Below, one piece after another: positions 1-11,889 of a stretch of DNA of 64,000 nt. The DNA is taken from contig CAVSUQ010000011.1 of NCBI GenBank assembly GCA_963731305.1, positions 11,670-75,669 on the forward strand, written 5' to 3'. Position 1 is the stretch's first letter, and every line of letters starts with the position of its first letter. The notes below the pieces were generated by a model, which was given only the letters and a program-made list of their open reading frames with translations, did no database searches and had not been told where the DNA came from. Source of the DNA: an uncultured Gemmatimonadales bacterium (lineage in GTDB: Bacteria > Gemmatimonadota > Gemmatimonadetes > Gemmatimonadales > Gemmatimonadaceae). Position numbers and translations under genes: made by a program.

Positions 1-2788
1 TACCGGAGAATCCGCGCCCGGACTTCGAGCGCGCACAGTGGCTCAACCTGAACGGAGAATGGCGTTTCCGCTTCGACAGCGCGAACGATGGCGAGCGGGC
101 CCGGTGGTACGGCGCGCCAATCGCTTCGACGGACTCCATTCTGGTTCCGTTCTCCTGGGCAGCACCGCTGTCAGGCGTGACCGGCGATGCGGACATCGGC
201 TGGTACGAGCGCACGATCGACGTACCTTCGAGCTGGCGCGGCAAGCGGATATTTCTCGTCGTCGGTGCGTCGGACTGGCGCACGTCGGCGTGGTTGGATG
301 GAGCGATGCTCGGCGAACATCAGGGCGGCTACACGCCGTTCTCGATGGAGCTGACGCCGAATGTGAAGTACGGCTCGTCAGCAGCGGCTCACCATTCGCG
401 TGGATGACACTCCTCACGCGTTCGAGCTGCAGGGCAAGCAGGGCTACGGTGATGCGCGTGGCATGTGGCAGACGGTTTACCTCGAAGCGCGCGGTGGCGA
501 TCCGTTGCAGTATGTGCACTTCACACCGGACATCCACGCGAACCGCGTAACAGTCGACGCGCGACTCATGGAGCCCGCGCCGGGGGCGATGATATTGCGC
601 ATCGCGTTCAAAGCGCGATACACATCTTCCGCAGGTGGCGCGACGCTGCCAGCTGTCCGTCGTGCAAGACATCGCGCGCGGCGCACGGGACGTGCACTTC
701 GAGATCGCAATACCGAACGCGCGACTGTGGTCGCCGGACGATCCGTATCTGTACCATGTTGCGGCGACCGTGGAAGGCTCGCGGCGTCGCAAAGGACAGC
801 GTCGATAGCTACTTCGGGATGCGCGAGATATCGGTCGTCGACCTGCCGGGGACGAACATTCCGTACGTCGCGATAAACGGCAAACCCGTCTATCTGCAGC
901 TAGCGCTCGATCAGGCGTATCATCCACAGGGCTTCTACACATTTCCGACAGACTCGATACTGCGCAACGAGATCGTGCACGCGCGTCAGCTGGGACTCAC
1001 GGGATTGCGCGAGCACATAAAGATCGAGGCACCGCGCAAGCTGTACTGGGCCGACAAGCTCGGCGTGTTGATCATGGCCGACGTGCCCAACTGGTGGGGA
1101 CCGCCGGACTCGGTTGCGTTTCCACGAGCACGATTACGCCGAGAGCGAGATGATCGAGCGGGACTACAACCATCCATCGATCTTCTCGTGGATCATGTAC
1201 AACGAAACCTGGGGTCTCACGAGCAAGGTGAACGGCAAGGACGTTTATCTTCCCGCAACGCAGCGCCGCGTGATTCAGAGCGCTCGAGCTCGCGAAGCGG
1301 CTCGATCCGACGCGGCTGGTAGAGGACAACTCGCCCTGCTGCGGATGGGGACATACGGTGACCGATCTCAACTCGTGGCACGATTACCTCGCGGGCTGGC
1401 AGTGGCAGGGTCATCTCGACACGGTGAGTGACAGTACAGCTCCCGGATCTCCGTGGAACTTCGAGCGCGGCTACGTGCAGGCGCATCAACCGATGATCAA
1501 CTCCGAGTTCGGTGACGTGTGGGGTTACACCGGATCCACGGGTGACGTCGACTGGAGCTGGGACTATCATCTCGCTGTCAACGCGTTTCGACGGCATCCG
1601 AAGCTGGCAGGGTGGTTGTATACGGAGCTGGATGACGTCATCAACGAGTGGAACGGCTATCTGCGCGCCGATCGGACTACCAAGGAGACAGGACTCGGCG
1701 ACCTCGTGCGGGGGATGACGCTTCGCGATCTCAATTCGCCCCTGTATATCGCGGTGGGCTCGCCGACCTCGATGGCGACGGAAGAGCGCGCGGGTGCGAC
1801 AGTACAGGTTCCTCTGTACGCATCGTTCATGTCTGGAAGCCGAGCGTATGGCGATTCAGCTGACGCTGCACTTTGAGCTGTATGGATGGAACTCCCTGGG
1901 CGAGCGAAAGACGTATTCGATGTCCGCGCGACGTATTGCGTATCGTCCATGGATGTCCGAGCCGCTCGCGCCTGTCACGGTCACCATGCCGAACGAGCGT
2001 GCCGTGGTCGTGCTCAGCACACGACTCGACGACGACGCAGGGAATACTCTGCAGCGGAATTTCACGACGTTCGTGGTCGAGGCAGCAGCGTCTGCTACCG
2101 CAACGCTTGCGGATGGTCGTGAGGCGCGCATCATGAGTGTGGGCGCAACGTCGTATTCAAGCGAGCACTGGTCGGAGAAGCAGTGGAACGTGATGGACAG
2201 TCTCAAGGCCGACGGCACGGGGTCGGGTTACTTCGAGTACAGAATTCCGTGGCCGCGCGATGTGAAGCCGAGCGATGTGGCGGAAGCCGAGTTCATCGTG
2301 GAGGCATCGGCCAAGCAGCTATTCGGGAAGGATCGTGATACGACCGTCGAAGGATAATGGCGACTACATGCGCGGTGGTGGATTGCAGGATCCGAGTCGC
2401 AATCGCAACGCGTACCCGATGACAGGACGAGAAGCTCTACCCGAGCGCTGTGGCCGTGCGTGTGAACGGCGAAGTTGCGGGGCGCTATGATCTCACGAAT
2501 GATCCCGCTGACCATCGCGGCATTCTATCGTGGTTCTCGCAGAAGCGCGACGGGTATCTTCGCGAGGCAGGATCGTATGGGCAGCTGCTACGGGTGCCGA
2601 TTCCGGCCGATGCGCTAGCGCGTGCTGCGAAGACTGGCGAGGTGGTCGTACGACTGGAAGTGAGTGACGCAATGCCGGGCGGGCTCGCGATTTATGGAGC
2701 GCGGTTCGGTCGGTATCCGGTAGATCCAACGGTGGTGCTGGTTTTGCATGGAGCACAACAGTCTCGTAGATCCTCGCTGCAGCAGTAA
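1..2788 (+). pseudogene. Glycoside hydrolase family 2 (beta-galactosidase/mannosidase-like), 5' end cut by window edge, broken by at least 7 frame changes
   Basis: The GH2 sugar-binding stretch DIGWYERTIDVPSSWRGKRIFLVVGASDWRTSAWLDGAMLGEHQGGYTPF is present. So are catalytic-barrel pieces NGKPVYLQLALDQAYHPQGFYTFPTD, DYNHPSIFSWIMYNETWG and NSEFGDVWGY, and the C-terminal AVRVNGEVAGRYDLTNDPADHRGILSW. They are distributed over ORFs 177-407, 400-876, 465-1322, 1114-1431, 1358-1876, 1794-2357, 2275-2490 and 2450-2788 in alternating frames. Confidence 0.8.
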
Positions 2789-2840
2789 CAGATTCCAGAG
2801 CAGCAAACCGCACAGCCACACATTCGACGACGGTCTAACC

Positions 2841-4062
2841 ATGGCAGATAACCCGACCGGCAACGATTCCGTTGTGGAACCGCACGTCGATGTAACGGCG
2901 ACGGCGTCGCCAGCTGACCGGGACGCGCAGCAGCCGAATCTCTTCAAGACGGCTTCCGCTATTGCGAGTGTGCGAGCTCGCTCGGCGAATCTCACCATTC
3001 TCACGGTGCTCGCGGTTCTGTACACGCTCTACTTCGCACGTGAGTTTCTGCTGCCGATCGTGTTCGCGATACTGCTGAACTTTCTGTTCAGTCCGGTGGT
3101 ACGCGCGCTCGGCAGACTCAAGATTCCACCACCGCTCGCCGCAGGGATCATCATTCTCGCGGTGCTCGGCGTCATCGGGTCGGGGGCGTTCGGGTTGTCG
3201 GGCTCAGTCAGCGATTGGGCGGCCAGGGCTCCGCAAACTCTGGCGACAGCGGAGGCAAGAGTCGGCAAGCTGATACGACCACTGCAGCGTGCGTCGAGAA
3301 CCGCCGAGCAGGTAGCGAATACCGCAGGAGCGGCCGCCGGAGCGGGCGACGGCGCGCGGAGACCAACCGAGGTCGTGGTACGACCGCCAAGTCTCGCCGT
3401 CCGGGCGTTCGGCACGACACAGCGCGCGGTTGCGAGCATACTCGAAGTATTGATTCTTCTCTATTTCCTGCTTGCCGCCGGTGATCTCTTCCTGCAGAAG
3501 CTCATCAAGGTGTTGCCCAATCTCGGCGAAAAAAGAAAGGCGGTTCACATCGCGCGCGAAGCGGAGTCGTCGATATCGACGTATCTCGTTAACGACAGCG
3601 CTGGTGAACATCGTGGAAGGGCTCGTTGTTACCGGTGTGATGTATCTGTGGCGAATGCCCGATCCGCCGCTGTGGGGAGTGCTGGTCGCGGTGTTCGAGT
3701 TCATCCCGTATCTGGGCGCGCTCGCGATGGTCGTCATACTCGGTATCGCTGCGCTCACCACGTTCGACACGGCGGGTTATGCGCTGCTCATTCCGGCGAG
3801 CTATCTCCTCATCAACGTAGTGCAGGCGAATCTCGTAAGTCCGATACTGCTCGGACACCGACTATCGCTCAATCCTGTGGCGCTGTTCGTGGGACTCGCG
3901 TTCTGGTTCTGGATCTGGGGAATTCCAGGCGCGTTCATCGCGGTGCCATTGCTGGCGACGCTCAAGATATTCTGCGATCACATCGAGTCACTCGCATCCG
4001 TTGGCGAGTTCCTGGGCCAGCGCGACGACAGGGAGCGACGTACAGCGGTTCGGGAGGTGTAG
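2841..4062 (+). pseudogene. AI-2E family transporter (PerM/UPF0118-like), one frame change near 3590
   Basis: The N-terminal part (ATG 2841, LTILTVLAVLYTLYFAREFLLPIVFAILLNFLFSPVV) lies in the frame of ORF 2748-4124. The C-terminal part (VFEFIPYLGALAMVVILGIAAL...WGIPGAFIAVPLLATLKIF) lies in ORF 3472-4062. Confidence 0.75.
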
Positions 4063-4249
4063 GCGACGCGGCTTCCGTCGCGAAAGCCGGCTCTAGTAAA
4101 CAGATGTTTCCAGAGACGCGATAATCCGGATTGGGCGTTCCAGGTCAGCTAGTCGCCGCGGAATGCGTACAGAGCGTAGCGATCCGTTTTCGCGCTAGAA
4201 TATCCGCTTGCAGCTGATCCAGCGTCTCCTTCCACGAAGGCCATTCCGC

Positions 4250-7200
4250 ATGTCGATTTCCCGCTTCATGTCTGCCGCAGCCGTAGCAACTACGTGTGCG
4301 GCAACGCTCGCCGGCGTCGCGTCCGTCGCGAGTGCCCAATCCGCAAACCTCTACTCCGAGATGCACTGGCGCGAGATCGGGCCTACGAGGGCCGGCCGAG
4401 CGAGGGCGGCGTCTGGATCGGCGAGCGAGCCGAATGTGTTTTATGTGGGATATGACAACGGCGGCGTCTGGCGATCGACCGATTACGGCTCGAACTGGGT
4501 GCCGCTGTTCGACAACGAGCCAACTGGCTCGATCGGCGCGATAGCGGTCGCGCCATCGAATCCGAACATCATATATGTAGGGACCGGCGCCGGAATCATC
4601 CGGCCCGATCTGTCGGTCGGTGACGGCGTCTACAAGTCGACCGACGGCGGAAAGACCTGGACGCATCTCGGACTCCGCGACACGCAGATGATCGCGAACA
4701 TCGACGTCGATCCCACAAACCCGAATCGACTGTTCGTCGCTGCGCTCGGCCATCCGTATGGTCCGAACGCAGAGCGTGGAATCTTCCGCTCGACCGACGG
4801 AGGCAGGACTTTCGAGAAGGTGCTGTACAAGGACGAGTACGTGAGCGGCAACGACGTGCGCATCGATCCAAAGAATCCGAACATCGTCTACGCCGGACTG
4901 TGGCAGCAGCAGCAGAGCTATCTCGAAGGCGCAGAGTTCGGTGGCGTCGAGGGTGGAATATTCAAGTCGACCGATGGCGGCACGACGTGGAAGCCTCTCA
5001 CCGACGGACTTCCGGCAGGCGTCATAGAAGCAAACCTCGGCATCTCGATGAGTGATCCCAGCATCGTTTACGCGATGGTCGCCGGCTCGGCGGGACCGCG
5101 CGCGCGCGGCACGACGGGAGTCGTCGAGTTCTACAAGTCGAACGATTCGGGCGAGCACTGGCATCTCGCGATCGCCGATCCGTCAGTGCCGGAAGCTTCG
5201 CGTCCAAAGACCGCCGATCCGCGTCCGCTCGTGCGCATCGGCGGCGGTGATCTGCCGACGATCGCAGTCGATCCGAAGAATCCGAATGTCGTCTACAGCT
5301 CGTCCACAGTGATGTGGCGCACCGAGAACGGCGGGCTCACGTGGAGCGCTGTACGCGGCGCGCCCGGCGGTGACGACTATCAGAAGACGTGGATCAATCC
5401 GAGCAATCCCGACATCATCCTACAGGTCGCGGATCAGGGCGCTGTAGTTTCAGCCAATCGCGGTCTGTCGTGGAGCAACTGGTACAATCAGCCGACGGCT
5501 GCGATGTATCACGTGTCGACCGATGACGCATTCCCGTATCGCGTGTGCGGCGGTCAGCAGGACTCAGGCTCGGCGTGCGTCGACAGCAGGTCGATGGATG
5601 GCGAGATAACGTTCCACGACTGGCACCCGGTGAACATTCAGGAATACGGCGTCGCAGCGAGCGATCCGAAGGATCCGGACCTCGTCTTCGCCAGCATGCG
5701 CAACAGCGTTTCGCTGTACAACCGCATCACAGGTCAGACGACCATCGTCGGTCCTGATCCGGAAGCGCGTGGCACCGAGTTCAATCGTAATGTGCGCACG
5801 ATGCCGATCCTGTGGTCGCCTGTTAACCCCAGGATCCTGTTCTACACCTCGAACGCAGTGTGGAAGTCGACGGATCAGGCGCACAGCTGGACGCGCATCA
5901 GTCCCGACCTCGCGCGTCAGACGTGGGCGATTCCAACCACTGTCGGGAAGTACGCAAGCACCGTCACGCCAGCACCGATGGGAAGCATCACGGCGCTCTC
6001 GGCGTCGCCGCGCGACGTGAAAGTAATCTGGGCCGGTACCGACGACGGCAACGTTCAGGTGACGATGGATGGCGGCGCCAAGTGGACGAATGTGACGCCA
6101 GCGCAGATCAAGCCGTGGACGCGCATCTTCAACATCGACGCCGGTCACTTCGACACACAGACCGCGTATGCGGCAGCGAACACCATGCGCATCGACGACC
6201 TCAACCCGCACCTCTGGCGCACGCACGACGGTGGCAAGACGTGGACCGAGATCGACAATGGCATAGCGCCGGGCGCGGTGACGAATTCCATCCGGGAGGA
6301 TCCACGCCAGAAGGGATTGCTCTACGCGTCGACAGACACGCAGGTGTGGGTGTCGTTCGACGATGGCGATCACTGGCAGTCGCTGCGGCTCGACATGCCT
6401 GCAGTATCCGTCCGCGATCTTCAGATAAAGGACGACAGCATCTGCATGTGCTCCGATCTCATCGCGGGCACGCACGGACGCGGATTCTACATTCTCGATG
6501 ACGTGACTCCGCTTCGTCAGGCCGCTGCGGCGCGTAACGCCTCGCCGGCGTATCTGTACAAGCCGGAAACCGCGACGCGCATTCGTCTCGCGACGAACGA
6601 TCCGACGCCGTGGCCGCCCGAGCTGCCAGCCGGCGAGAATCCGCCGAACGGTGCGATAATCGATTACTATCTGTCGTCCGATGTGACAGGTCCGCTGACC
6701 ATCGACATACTCGACGCCGGTGGCAGCGTCGTGCGCACGTATTCGAGCGAGCTCAAGCGTGATCCGGATCCAGGCGTGGATCAGGATGCGTACGACAAGG
6801 TGTGCCAGGAGACGCCGCGCGCGCCGGATTGCGGACTGCCGCTTGTACTGGCCGTCACGCATCCGGTCGATGCCAACGAGCGCTGGCATGCACCGCATAA
6901 GCTGGAACATGCGATACCAGCCGCTCGCACAGGAGCGCACACGAAGTCGATGCTACGGGCGCGGTACCACTGCGGAGCTCGCCGCCGCCGAGCTCGCCGT
7001 GGGCGCCACCGGGACAGTACACCGTGCGGCTGACGGTTGGTGGAAGGAGCTACACGCAGCCACTGACGGTACGTCTGGATCCGCGCGTCAAGACGCCGGC
7101 CGCGGCTCTCGCGCAGAACGCGAAGCTGTCGCTCGAGATGTACCAGCTGGCGCGCACGATGCGGATGACATACGGCCAGGCGCACGATCTCGGCGAGGAG

Positions 7201-7614
7201 CTTGCAGCGATGGCGAAGAATCAGAGCATCGACGTCAATCCACTCAAGGCGCAACTCGATTCGATCGCACCCGACGAAGCGCGCGGTGGTCGCGGCTTCG
7301 GCGGATTCGGTCGCGGCGGGCCACGCCCACCACCGACGCTGAACGGAGCAAGCACGACAGCGCTAGCGGCGTCGCTCGCGATGCAGGCGGCGGAGATCGC
7401 TCCGACGGAATCCCAGATTGCCGCGTGTGCGCGTGCGAGGGAAGAGGCGCGCACAGTAATGGCGCGCTGGAACGCGTACCGCACGACTGGACTCGCAGCG
7501 CTGAACGCAACGCTCAAGGCCAAGGGTCAGCCGGCGATCACGGTACCAGCGCCGAGAATGCATCCAGCGTTGCCGAGCGATGCGAACGGTAATGAGAACG
7601 AGAACGAAGGATAG
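4250..7614 (+). pseudogene. Secreted BNR/Asp-box (sortilin/VPS10-like) repeat glycosyl-hydrolase-like protein; intact for about 2.6 kb, then 2-3 frame changes between about 6840 and 7010
   Basis: Signal peptide MSISRFMSAAAVATTCAATLAGVASVASAQS. Repeated S-x-D-x-G-x-T-W motifs (KSTDGGKTW, RSTDGGRTF, KSTDGGTTW, THDGGKTW). The C-terminus continues as LYWPSRIRSMPTSAGMHRISWNMRYQPL in ORF 6720-7592, then as PPGQYTVRLTVGGRSYTQPLTVRLDPRV in ORF 7024-7614. Confidence 0.75.
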
Positions 7615-7622
7615 GTGAGATA

Positions 7623-7660
7623 CGATGCCCGCGCAGCGTCGATTGAATGCGCGGGCATCG
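7623..7660. terminator. 13-bp perfect stem hairpin between convergent genes (bidirectional terminator candidate)
   Basis: cgatgcccgcgca (7623-7635) pairs perfectly with tgcgcgggcatcg (7648-7660), with a 12-nt loop. It lies between the stop at 7614 (+) and the stop at 7692 (-). Confidence 0.55.
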
Positions 7661-7691
7661 TGGTACGCATATCCGGTATTTCGGTGGACGC

Positions 7692-8171
7692 CTACTTGTT
7701 GGCAGGCGGTTTAGCTACGCCCGTCGTATCTGCACGCCAATCGATCGTATAGCGAAAGCTGAAGTTGACCTGAGCGTCGCACGGCTCGACACGGTACAAT
7801 AATTCCTGTTTGCCGGGTGTCACACGGACGTTGATGCTGCTGGGCTCATCGCAGTCCTGCCTGATGTTCACGCATCTGAGCAGTGTAACGTCGTACACGA
7901 CTATCGGGACGGTCGAGGCGTTCTGAACGCGAATCTCCTTGTAGGGAGATCCCCCGAACTTCTGCAGGAGCAGGGTAGTCGTCGTCACGGTCTCATTGCT
8001 AGGTGCGACGTATTTGGCTGGTTTGCTCTGCGCACTGGCGGCAACGGATGGAACGATGAGCGCAACGACCGCACACGCTACTGCAATTCGCGATGCGGGT
8101 TGCGTCGGCCGACGGTACCAGAGATCTGAACCGGTCGAGCGTACTCCATCGATGTTGGTAGAGCGACGCAT
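7692..8171 (-). CDS. Hypothetical secreted protein (159 aa)
   Basis: Intact ORF with an N-terminal hydrophobic signal (RIAVACAVVALIVPSVAASAQS). No family recognised. Confidence 0.5.
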   Translation of the reverse strand: MRRSTNIDGVRSTGSDLWYRRPTQPASRIAVACAVVALIVPSVAASAQSKPAKYVAPSNETVTTTTLLLQKFGGSPYKEIRVQNASTVPIVVYDVTLLRCVNIRQDCDEPSSINVRVTPGKQELLYRVEPCDAQVNFSFRYTIDWRADTTGVAKPPANK

Positions 8172-8317
8172 GGCGACGTAGCGGTTTGAGGGTTGCGTCT
8201 TTTCCGACCGTGGCCTCGAGGCTGGAAATGACTGGAATCAATAACGTACCCCGCCCGGGCGCCGTCTGCCAGTGATCCTGCGGGGAGCACCGCTCGGCCA
8301 TAGCGGGAACGACCGGC

Positions 8318-8346
8318 TTACGACAATTTCCAGCTAACTGTATAAT
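8318..8346 (+). promoter_or_regulatory. Sigma70-like promoter candidate (TTACGA-17 nt-TATAAT) for the lipoprotein gene at 8409
   Basis: ttacga at 8318-8323, a 17-nt spacer, and tataat at 8341-8346. A 9-bp-stem hairpin (8356-8364 / 8379-8387) follows in the leader. Confidence 0.35.
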
Positions 8347-8408
8347 TGCAGCTACCGAGCCGCTCGGACTGAATAGGAAGCGGCTCGCATTATCGTGGAG
8401 AATTAGTA

Positions 8409-9218
8409 ATGCAGCCTCGTATCGCGAGACTTTCCTTTGGATTCCTGATCGCCCTTGCCGCATGTGGCGGTGATTCCACAAGCCCCACAGCGCCTGCCGC
8501 GTTGAGCAGCCAGGACGCGCTTCAGAGCCTGACGACTGGTTTGTCGACACTTGTCCAGGCGACCGCGTCGACATCGTCCTCGCTTCCGATCGCGATGCTA
8601 CCCCCGATCAGCGCGTCGCAGCAGACGTTGGTATCGCAGATTTCCGTCACTGTCGATGACTCGACGGTGCAGATGTTCGGACTTGCACAGCGCATAGTTT
8701 ATCCTCCGCACAGCTGTCTCGAGCAACTTATCGGAATGGTCAATTTTGCCGATCCGACCAGCTGCACCGCTCCGCCCGGTGCTGTGCTGCTCATCCTCTG
8801 GCAGACGAGCTCTGCGTCGCAGCCTCCGAACAGGATCCTGGTTATAAGCGCCGATACAGGCACCGCGAATTTTGCCGACCAACCATTCGTCGATGCGTCA
8901 TTCAGCGAAGGCGGTGCGTTTCCTGTCGGTGCGCTTCTCTGGGAACAGAATGGGATGGTGTGGGAATCGTCGGGCGGGAGTCTCACGAGCACCATAATGC
9001 AAGGTGATGAAACGTGCACGGTCGTCCTGCCGTTGTTCGTCAAAGCTGAGGTGTGTAACCTCGGAACGTTCACGGAGTCTGGTGATCTGAGCTTTCTCCC
9101 TATCATTCTCCAACGGCCCGCTACGGGGACGCACACGATCGCGTTATCAGCGCAGGCGATTCATGGTATCATCCAGACGGTTACAGCTACCGCTCCGCTC
9201 GTAATTCCGCCGAATTGA
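8409..9218 (+). CDS. Hypothetical lipoprotein (269 aa)
   Basis: Lipobox-like signal LSFGFLIALAACGGDSTS. Intact ORF; no family recognised. Confidence 0.55.
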   Translation: MQPRIARLSFGFLIALAACGGDSTSPTAPAALSSQDALQSLTTGLSTLVQATASTSSSLPIAMLPPISASQQTLVSQISVTVDDSTVQMFGLAQRIVYPPHSCLEQLIGMVNFADPTSCTAPPGAVLLILWQTSSASQPPNRILVISADTGTANFADQPFVDASFSEGGAFPVGALLWEQNGMVWESSGGSLTSTIMQGDETCTVVLPLFVKAEVCNLGTFTESGDLSFLPIILQRPATGTHTIALSAQAIHGIIQTVTATAPLVIPPN

Positions 9219-9299
9219 CCACGCATCGCGCGATCTGAAGCTAGAGGACTAACTCTCTGTCGAGGTTCAGATCGGGCGTGTGCAAGTCGCGCCCGGAAA

Positions 9300-9962
9300 A
9301 TGCAGCTGTGGCCCGATCAATGCTCCCCAGCCTATTACCGTCAACGGAGAAATCAATGCGTCGCTCTTACAAGTCTTGTCACAATCTTCGCCCTAACAGC
9401 CGCTGCCGCTTCTATGGCCGGTGCGCAGGCCGCGACTTCGCTCACCAAACCCATATCCATCGGAATCTCGGGCGGAGTCGCAATCCCCAGCGGCGGCCTG
9501 GCAAATGGGACCAGCGGTGGCTTCACGGGTGTCAACACCGGATACAACGTCACCGGCTCACTTGCGCTCGCGCTTCCGGTCCTGCCGTTCGAGGTCCGCG
9601 GAGACGTCGCGTACAACGGATTCGGCTCCAAGAATTTCATCTTTCCAGCGGACGAAGGACAGAGCTCCTACAACGCCGATGTTCGCGTTCTCGGCTTTAC
9701 CGCCAATATCGTGTACCCATTTCCGATTCCGACGCCACTCATCCGTCCGTATGTCATAGGCGGAATTGGTGAGTACAATGTCAGGATCTCTCCGTCCACC
9801 GGTGCAAGCACGTCCCAGAGCGACTTCGGTTACAATCTCGGCGCAGGTGTGAAACTATCGCTTGTGGGTTTCAACCTGTTCGCCGAAGCGCGCTATCACC
9901 ACGTGAACGAGAATCAGGGTAGCACTGCGTTCACACCGATAACTGTGGGCGTGATGTTCTGA
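9300..9962 (+). CDS. Small outer-membrane beta-barrel protein (OMP_b-brl/OmpW-like porin family)
   Basis: Signal peptide ending AGAQA, alternating hydrophobic beta-strand pattern, and C-terminal ...FAEARYHHVNENQGSTAFTPITVGVMF ending in F. The exact start is uncertain. Confidence 0.65.
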   Translation: MQLWPDQCSPAYYRQRRNQCVALTSLVTIFALTAAAASMAGAQAATSLTKPISIGISGGVAIPSGGLANGTSGGFTGVNTGYNVTGSLALALPVLPFEVRGDVAYNGFGSKNFIFPADEGQSSYNADVRVLGFTANIVYPFPIPTPLIRPYVIGGIGEYNVRISPSTGASTSQSDFGYNLGAGVKLSLVGFNLFAEARYHHVNENQGSTAFTPITVGVMF

Positions 9963-10154
9963 CAAAATACGCGGCCGACCACCACTGGTAAATCGCTGGT
10001 AGTCCAACACGATCGTTCCGGGCGTTGCCATTGCTCATCGGCGCACGTTGAGATAGCGGCGCGGATAAATCCGCGCCCTACGCAGGGCGCTACCCTCCGG
10101 CGTTTCCTATTGACCGATGATTGGCGGGTCGGCGATCTAATTCACGCTGACCGA

Positions 10155-10748
10155 TCAACTCTGTTCGATCGCGCACAGTTCCTCGATCGTATCAATGTCC
10201 GACGCGGCGGTGTCCATGCGCACTCTGGCTACGCGATCGCCCTGACCGCGTAGCCAGAGTGCCGCTCCGCGATCACCCGAGACGGCACGGGCCAGCTCGC
10301 TGATGTGGCGCGTCGAGATGAGCGCCGGTACCCCAGCCATTCCGTTGTACTCCGCTGCTGCGATCCCGTCGCCGCAAGCGAACGCGTCGATCAAAGCAGT
10401 GAGATCTCGCGCATCTATGAGCGGTTGATCCACCGTAAGAAGCAGCACCGCATCGATAGAATCAATCTGAACCGCCGCAAGCCCCGCGCGAATGGATGAT
10501 GCAAGGCCGGTGGCCCATTCACGATTGACAACAACGGCGACGTCATCAGACTCACCGAGTATCGACGCAACGACGTCCGCGTGCGCGCCCAGCACGACAA
10601 TCACATGCGTGGCACCAGCTTCCCGTGCACGCCGTACGGTTCTCATCAACATCGGCTCGCCGCGGAAATCGGCAAGCTGCTTGGGTGAACCAAATCGCGA
10701 TGCAGCACCGGCGGCGAGTATGACCGCCGCGATACGCGGCCTGTTCAT
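10155..10748 (-). CDS. mocA: Molybdenum cofactor cytidylyltransferase (MocA-type NTP transferase)
   Basis: Start MNRPRIAAVILAAGAASRFGSPKQLADFRGEPML (ATG at 10748). The ORF-track start at 10958 is an upstream extension overlapping the xdhC-like gene. This is the last gene of the molybdoenzyme operon. Confidence 0.75.
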   Translation of the reverse strand: MNRPRIAAVILAAGAASRFGSPKQLADFRGEPMLMRTVRRAREAGATHVIVVLGAHADVVASILGESDDVAVVVNREWATGLASSIRAGLAAVQIDSIDAVLLLTVDQPLIDARDLTALIDAFACGDGIAAAEYNGMAGVPALISTRHISELARAVSGDRGAALWLRGQGDRVARVRMDTAASDIDTIEELCAIEQS

Positions 10749-10752
10749 GGAA

Positions 10753-11889
10753 TCACGCTGATATCGGCACCGACGCGGTGTCGTGGATCGGTGCGCGCCG
10801 GTCGCGCAACAAACCGCCGTTCCTGCCGCTAGCAACAGCAGACACCTCCGCAACAATCGACAACGCGATAGCCTCGGGACCGTCTCCGCCGATGTCGAGC
10901 CCGATCGGTGCATGCAGCCTTTCGAGCGCTTCATCGTCCGGGTACTCACCGCGCGCACTCAACTCGGCGAGCATTCGCTCGGTGCGCCGCCTCGGGCCAA
11001 GCACACCGACGTATCGCGCAGGCGATCGGAGTGCAGCGTTCACGTACTCGAGATCGCGCGGGTAGTTGTGCGACATCACAATAATCGCCGTCCGCTCGTC
11101 GACTTTGGCATCTCTTGCAAGAAGCTCGGGATTCCCGCACTCAGCAACGATCGCATCTGGAAAGCGCTCGGGGTGAGCATGGGCAAGCGGTCGGTGATCC
11201 ACGACTACGACGTTCCATCCCTGCATGGATGCCAAACGCGCGAGCGGCGCTGCGTCCGGTCCGCTCCCGCAGACAACAAGCTTGAGTGGTGGCGAGATCA
11301 CCTCCAGCGTGAAGTCGCCATCGCCAGACTCGCACATCGCACCGCGGCGTCCGGCAGCGAGCGCTTCGTCTGTTGCGTCGACGATGGCGCTCGTCTGATC
11401 CACGCTTGCAGTCTCTCCCAGACGTGCGATGACGCCGCCGGTGTCATCCATCAGCAGGCGATCACCGATCGCCACATTCCCTCCGATGGCTGTAGCGAGC
11501 ACACTCGGAGTGCCGCGCTCGCTCGCAATCCGAAGCATCTTCGCAAGCTGATCTGCTCTGTCGCCCGCCAGCGGCTCCAGCAGCACCTGCACCATACCGT
11601 CGCAGCCCAACCCCAGCCCCCAGACGAGGTCATCGTCCGATCGCGAGTCGTAGGTGGCAAGTTCCGCGACGCCGGAGTCGCGTATCTTCTGCGCACGCGC
11701 AACGAGATCGGCTTCGAGACAACCTCCGCTGACGAGACCGGTCGCCGAGCCATCAGTACGCACTATCATGCGCGTGCCGACGCCCAAGTACGCCGAGCCG
11801 GCGGTGCGGACTATGCTTGCGAGCACGGCGGTTTCACCGCGCTCGACGGCGCGCTCCAGCTCACGGATCACGAGTGATTGATTGCTCAT
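10753..11889 (-). CDS. paoD: XdhC/CoxI-family molybdoenzyme maturation chaperone (PaoD-like)
   Basis: 378 aa. The N-terminal XdhC_CoxI-like part is LASIVRTAGSAYLGVGTRMIVRTDGSATGLVSGGCLE, with a C-terminal Rossmann-like part. It overlaps the upstream stop by 4 nt. Confidence 0.75.
   Translation of the reverse strand: MSNQSLVIRELERAVERGETAVLASIVRTAGSAYLGVGTRMIVRTDGSATGLVSGGCLEADLVARAQKIRDSGVAELATYDSRSDDDLVWGLGLGCDGMVQVLLEPLAGDRADQLAKMLRIASERGTPSVLATAIGGNVAIGDRLLMDDTGGVIARLGETASVDQTSAIVDATDEALAAGRRGAMCESGDGDFTLEVISPPLKLVVCGSGPDAAPLARLASMQGWNVVVVDHRPLAHAHPERFPDAIVAECGNPELLARDAKVDERTAIIVMSHNYPRDLEYVNAALRSPARYVGVLGPRRRTERMLAELSARGEYPDDEALERLHAPIGLDIGGDGPEAIALSIVAEVSAVASGRNGGLLRDRRAPIHDTASVPISA

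Noticed and set aside
4145-5164. Long antisense or shadow ORFs. Examples: 4145-5164, 5564-6940, 10783-11877, 17367-18341, 20753-21571, 21265-22128, 38982-39815, 61562-62737 and 63154-63999.
   Set aside because: They lie opposite, or out of frame to, genes with clear family signatures. They are Arg/Ala/Pro-rich as expected for stop-poor frames in high-GC DNA, and they contain no recognisable motifs.
10058-10090. Two overlapping, mutually exclusive hairpins (ggcgcgga-taaa-tccgcgcc and gcgccct-acgc-agggcgc) that could suggest an attenuator.
   Set aside because: They sit between two convergent stop codons (9962 and 10155) with no downstream gene to regulate. They are better explained as ordinary terminator structures for the two genes.
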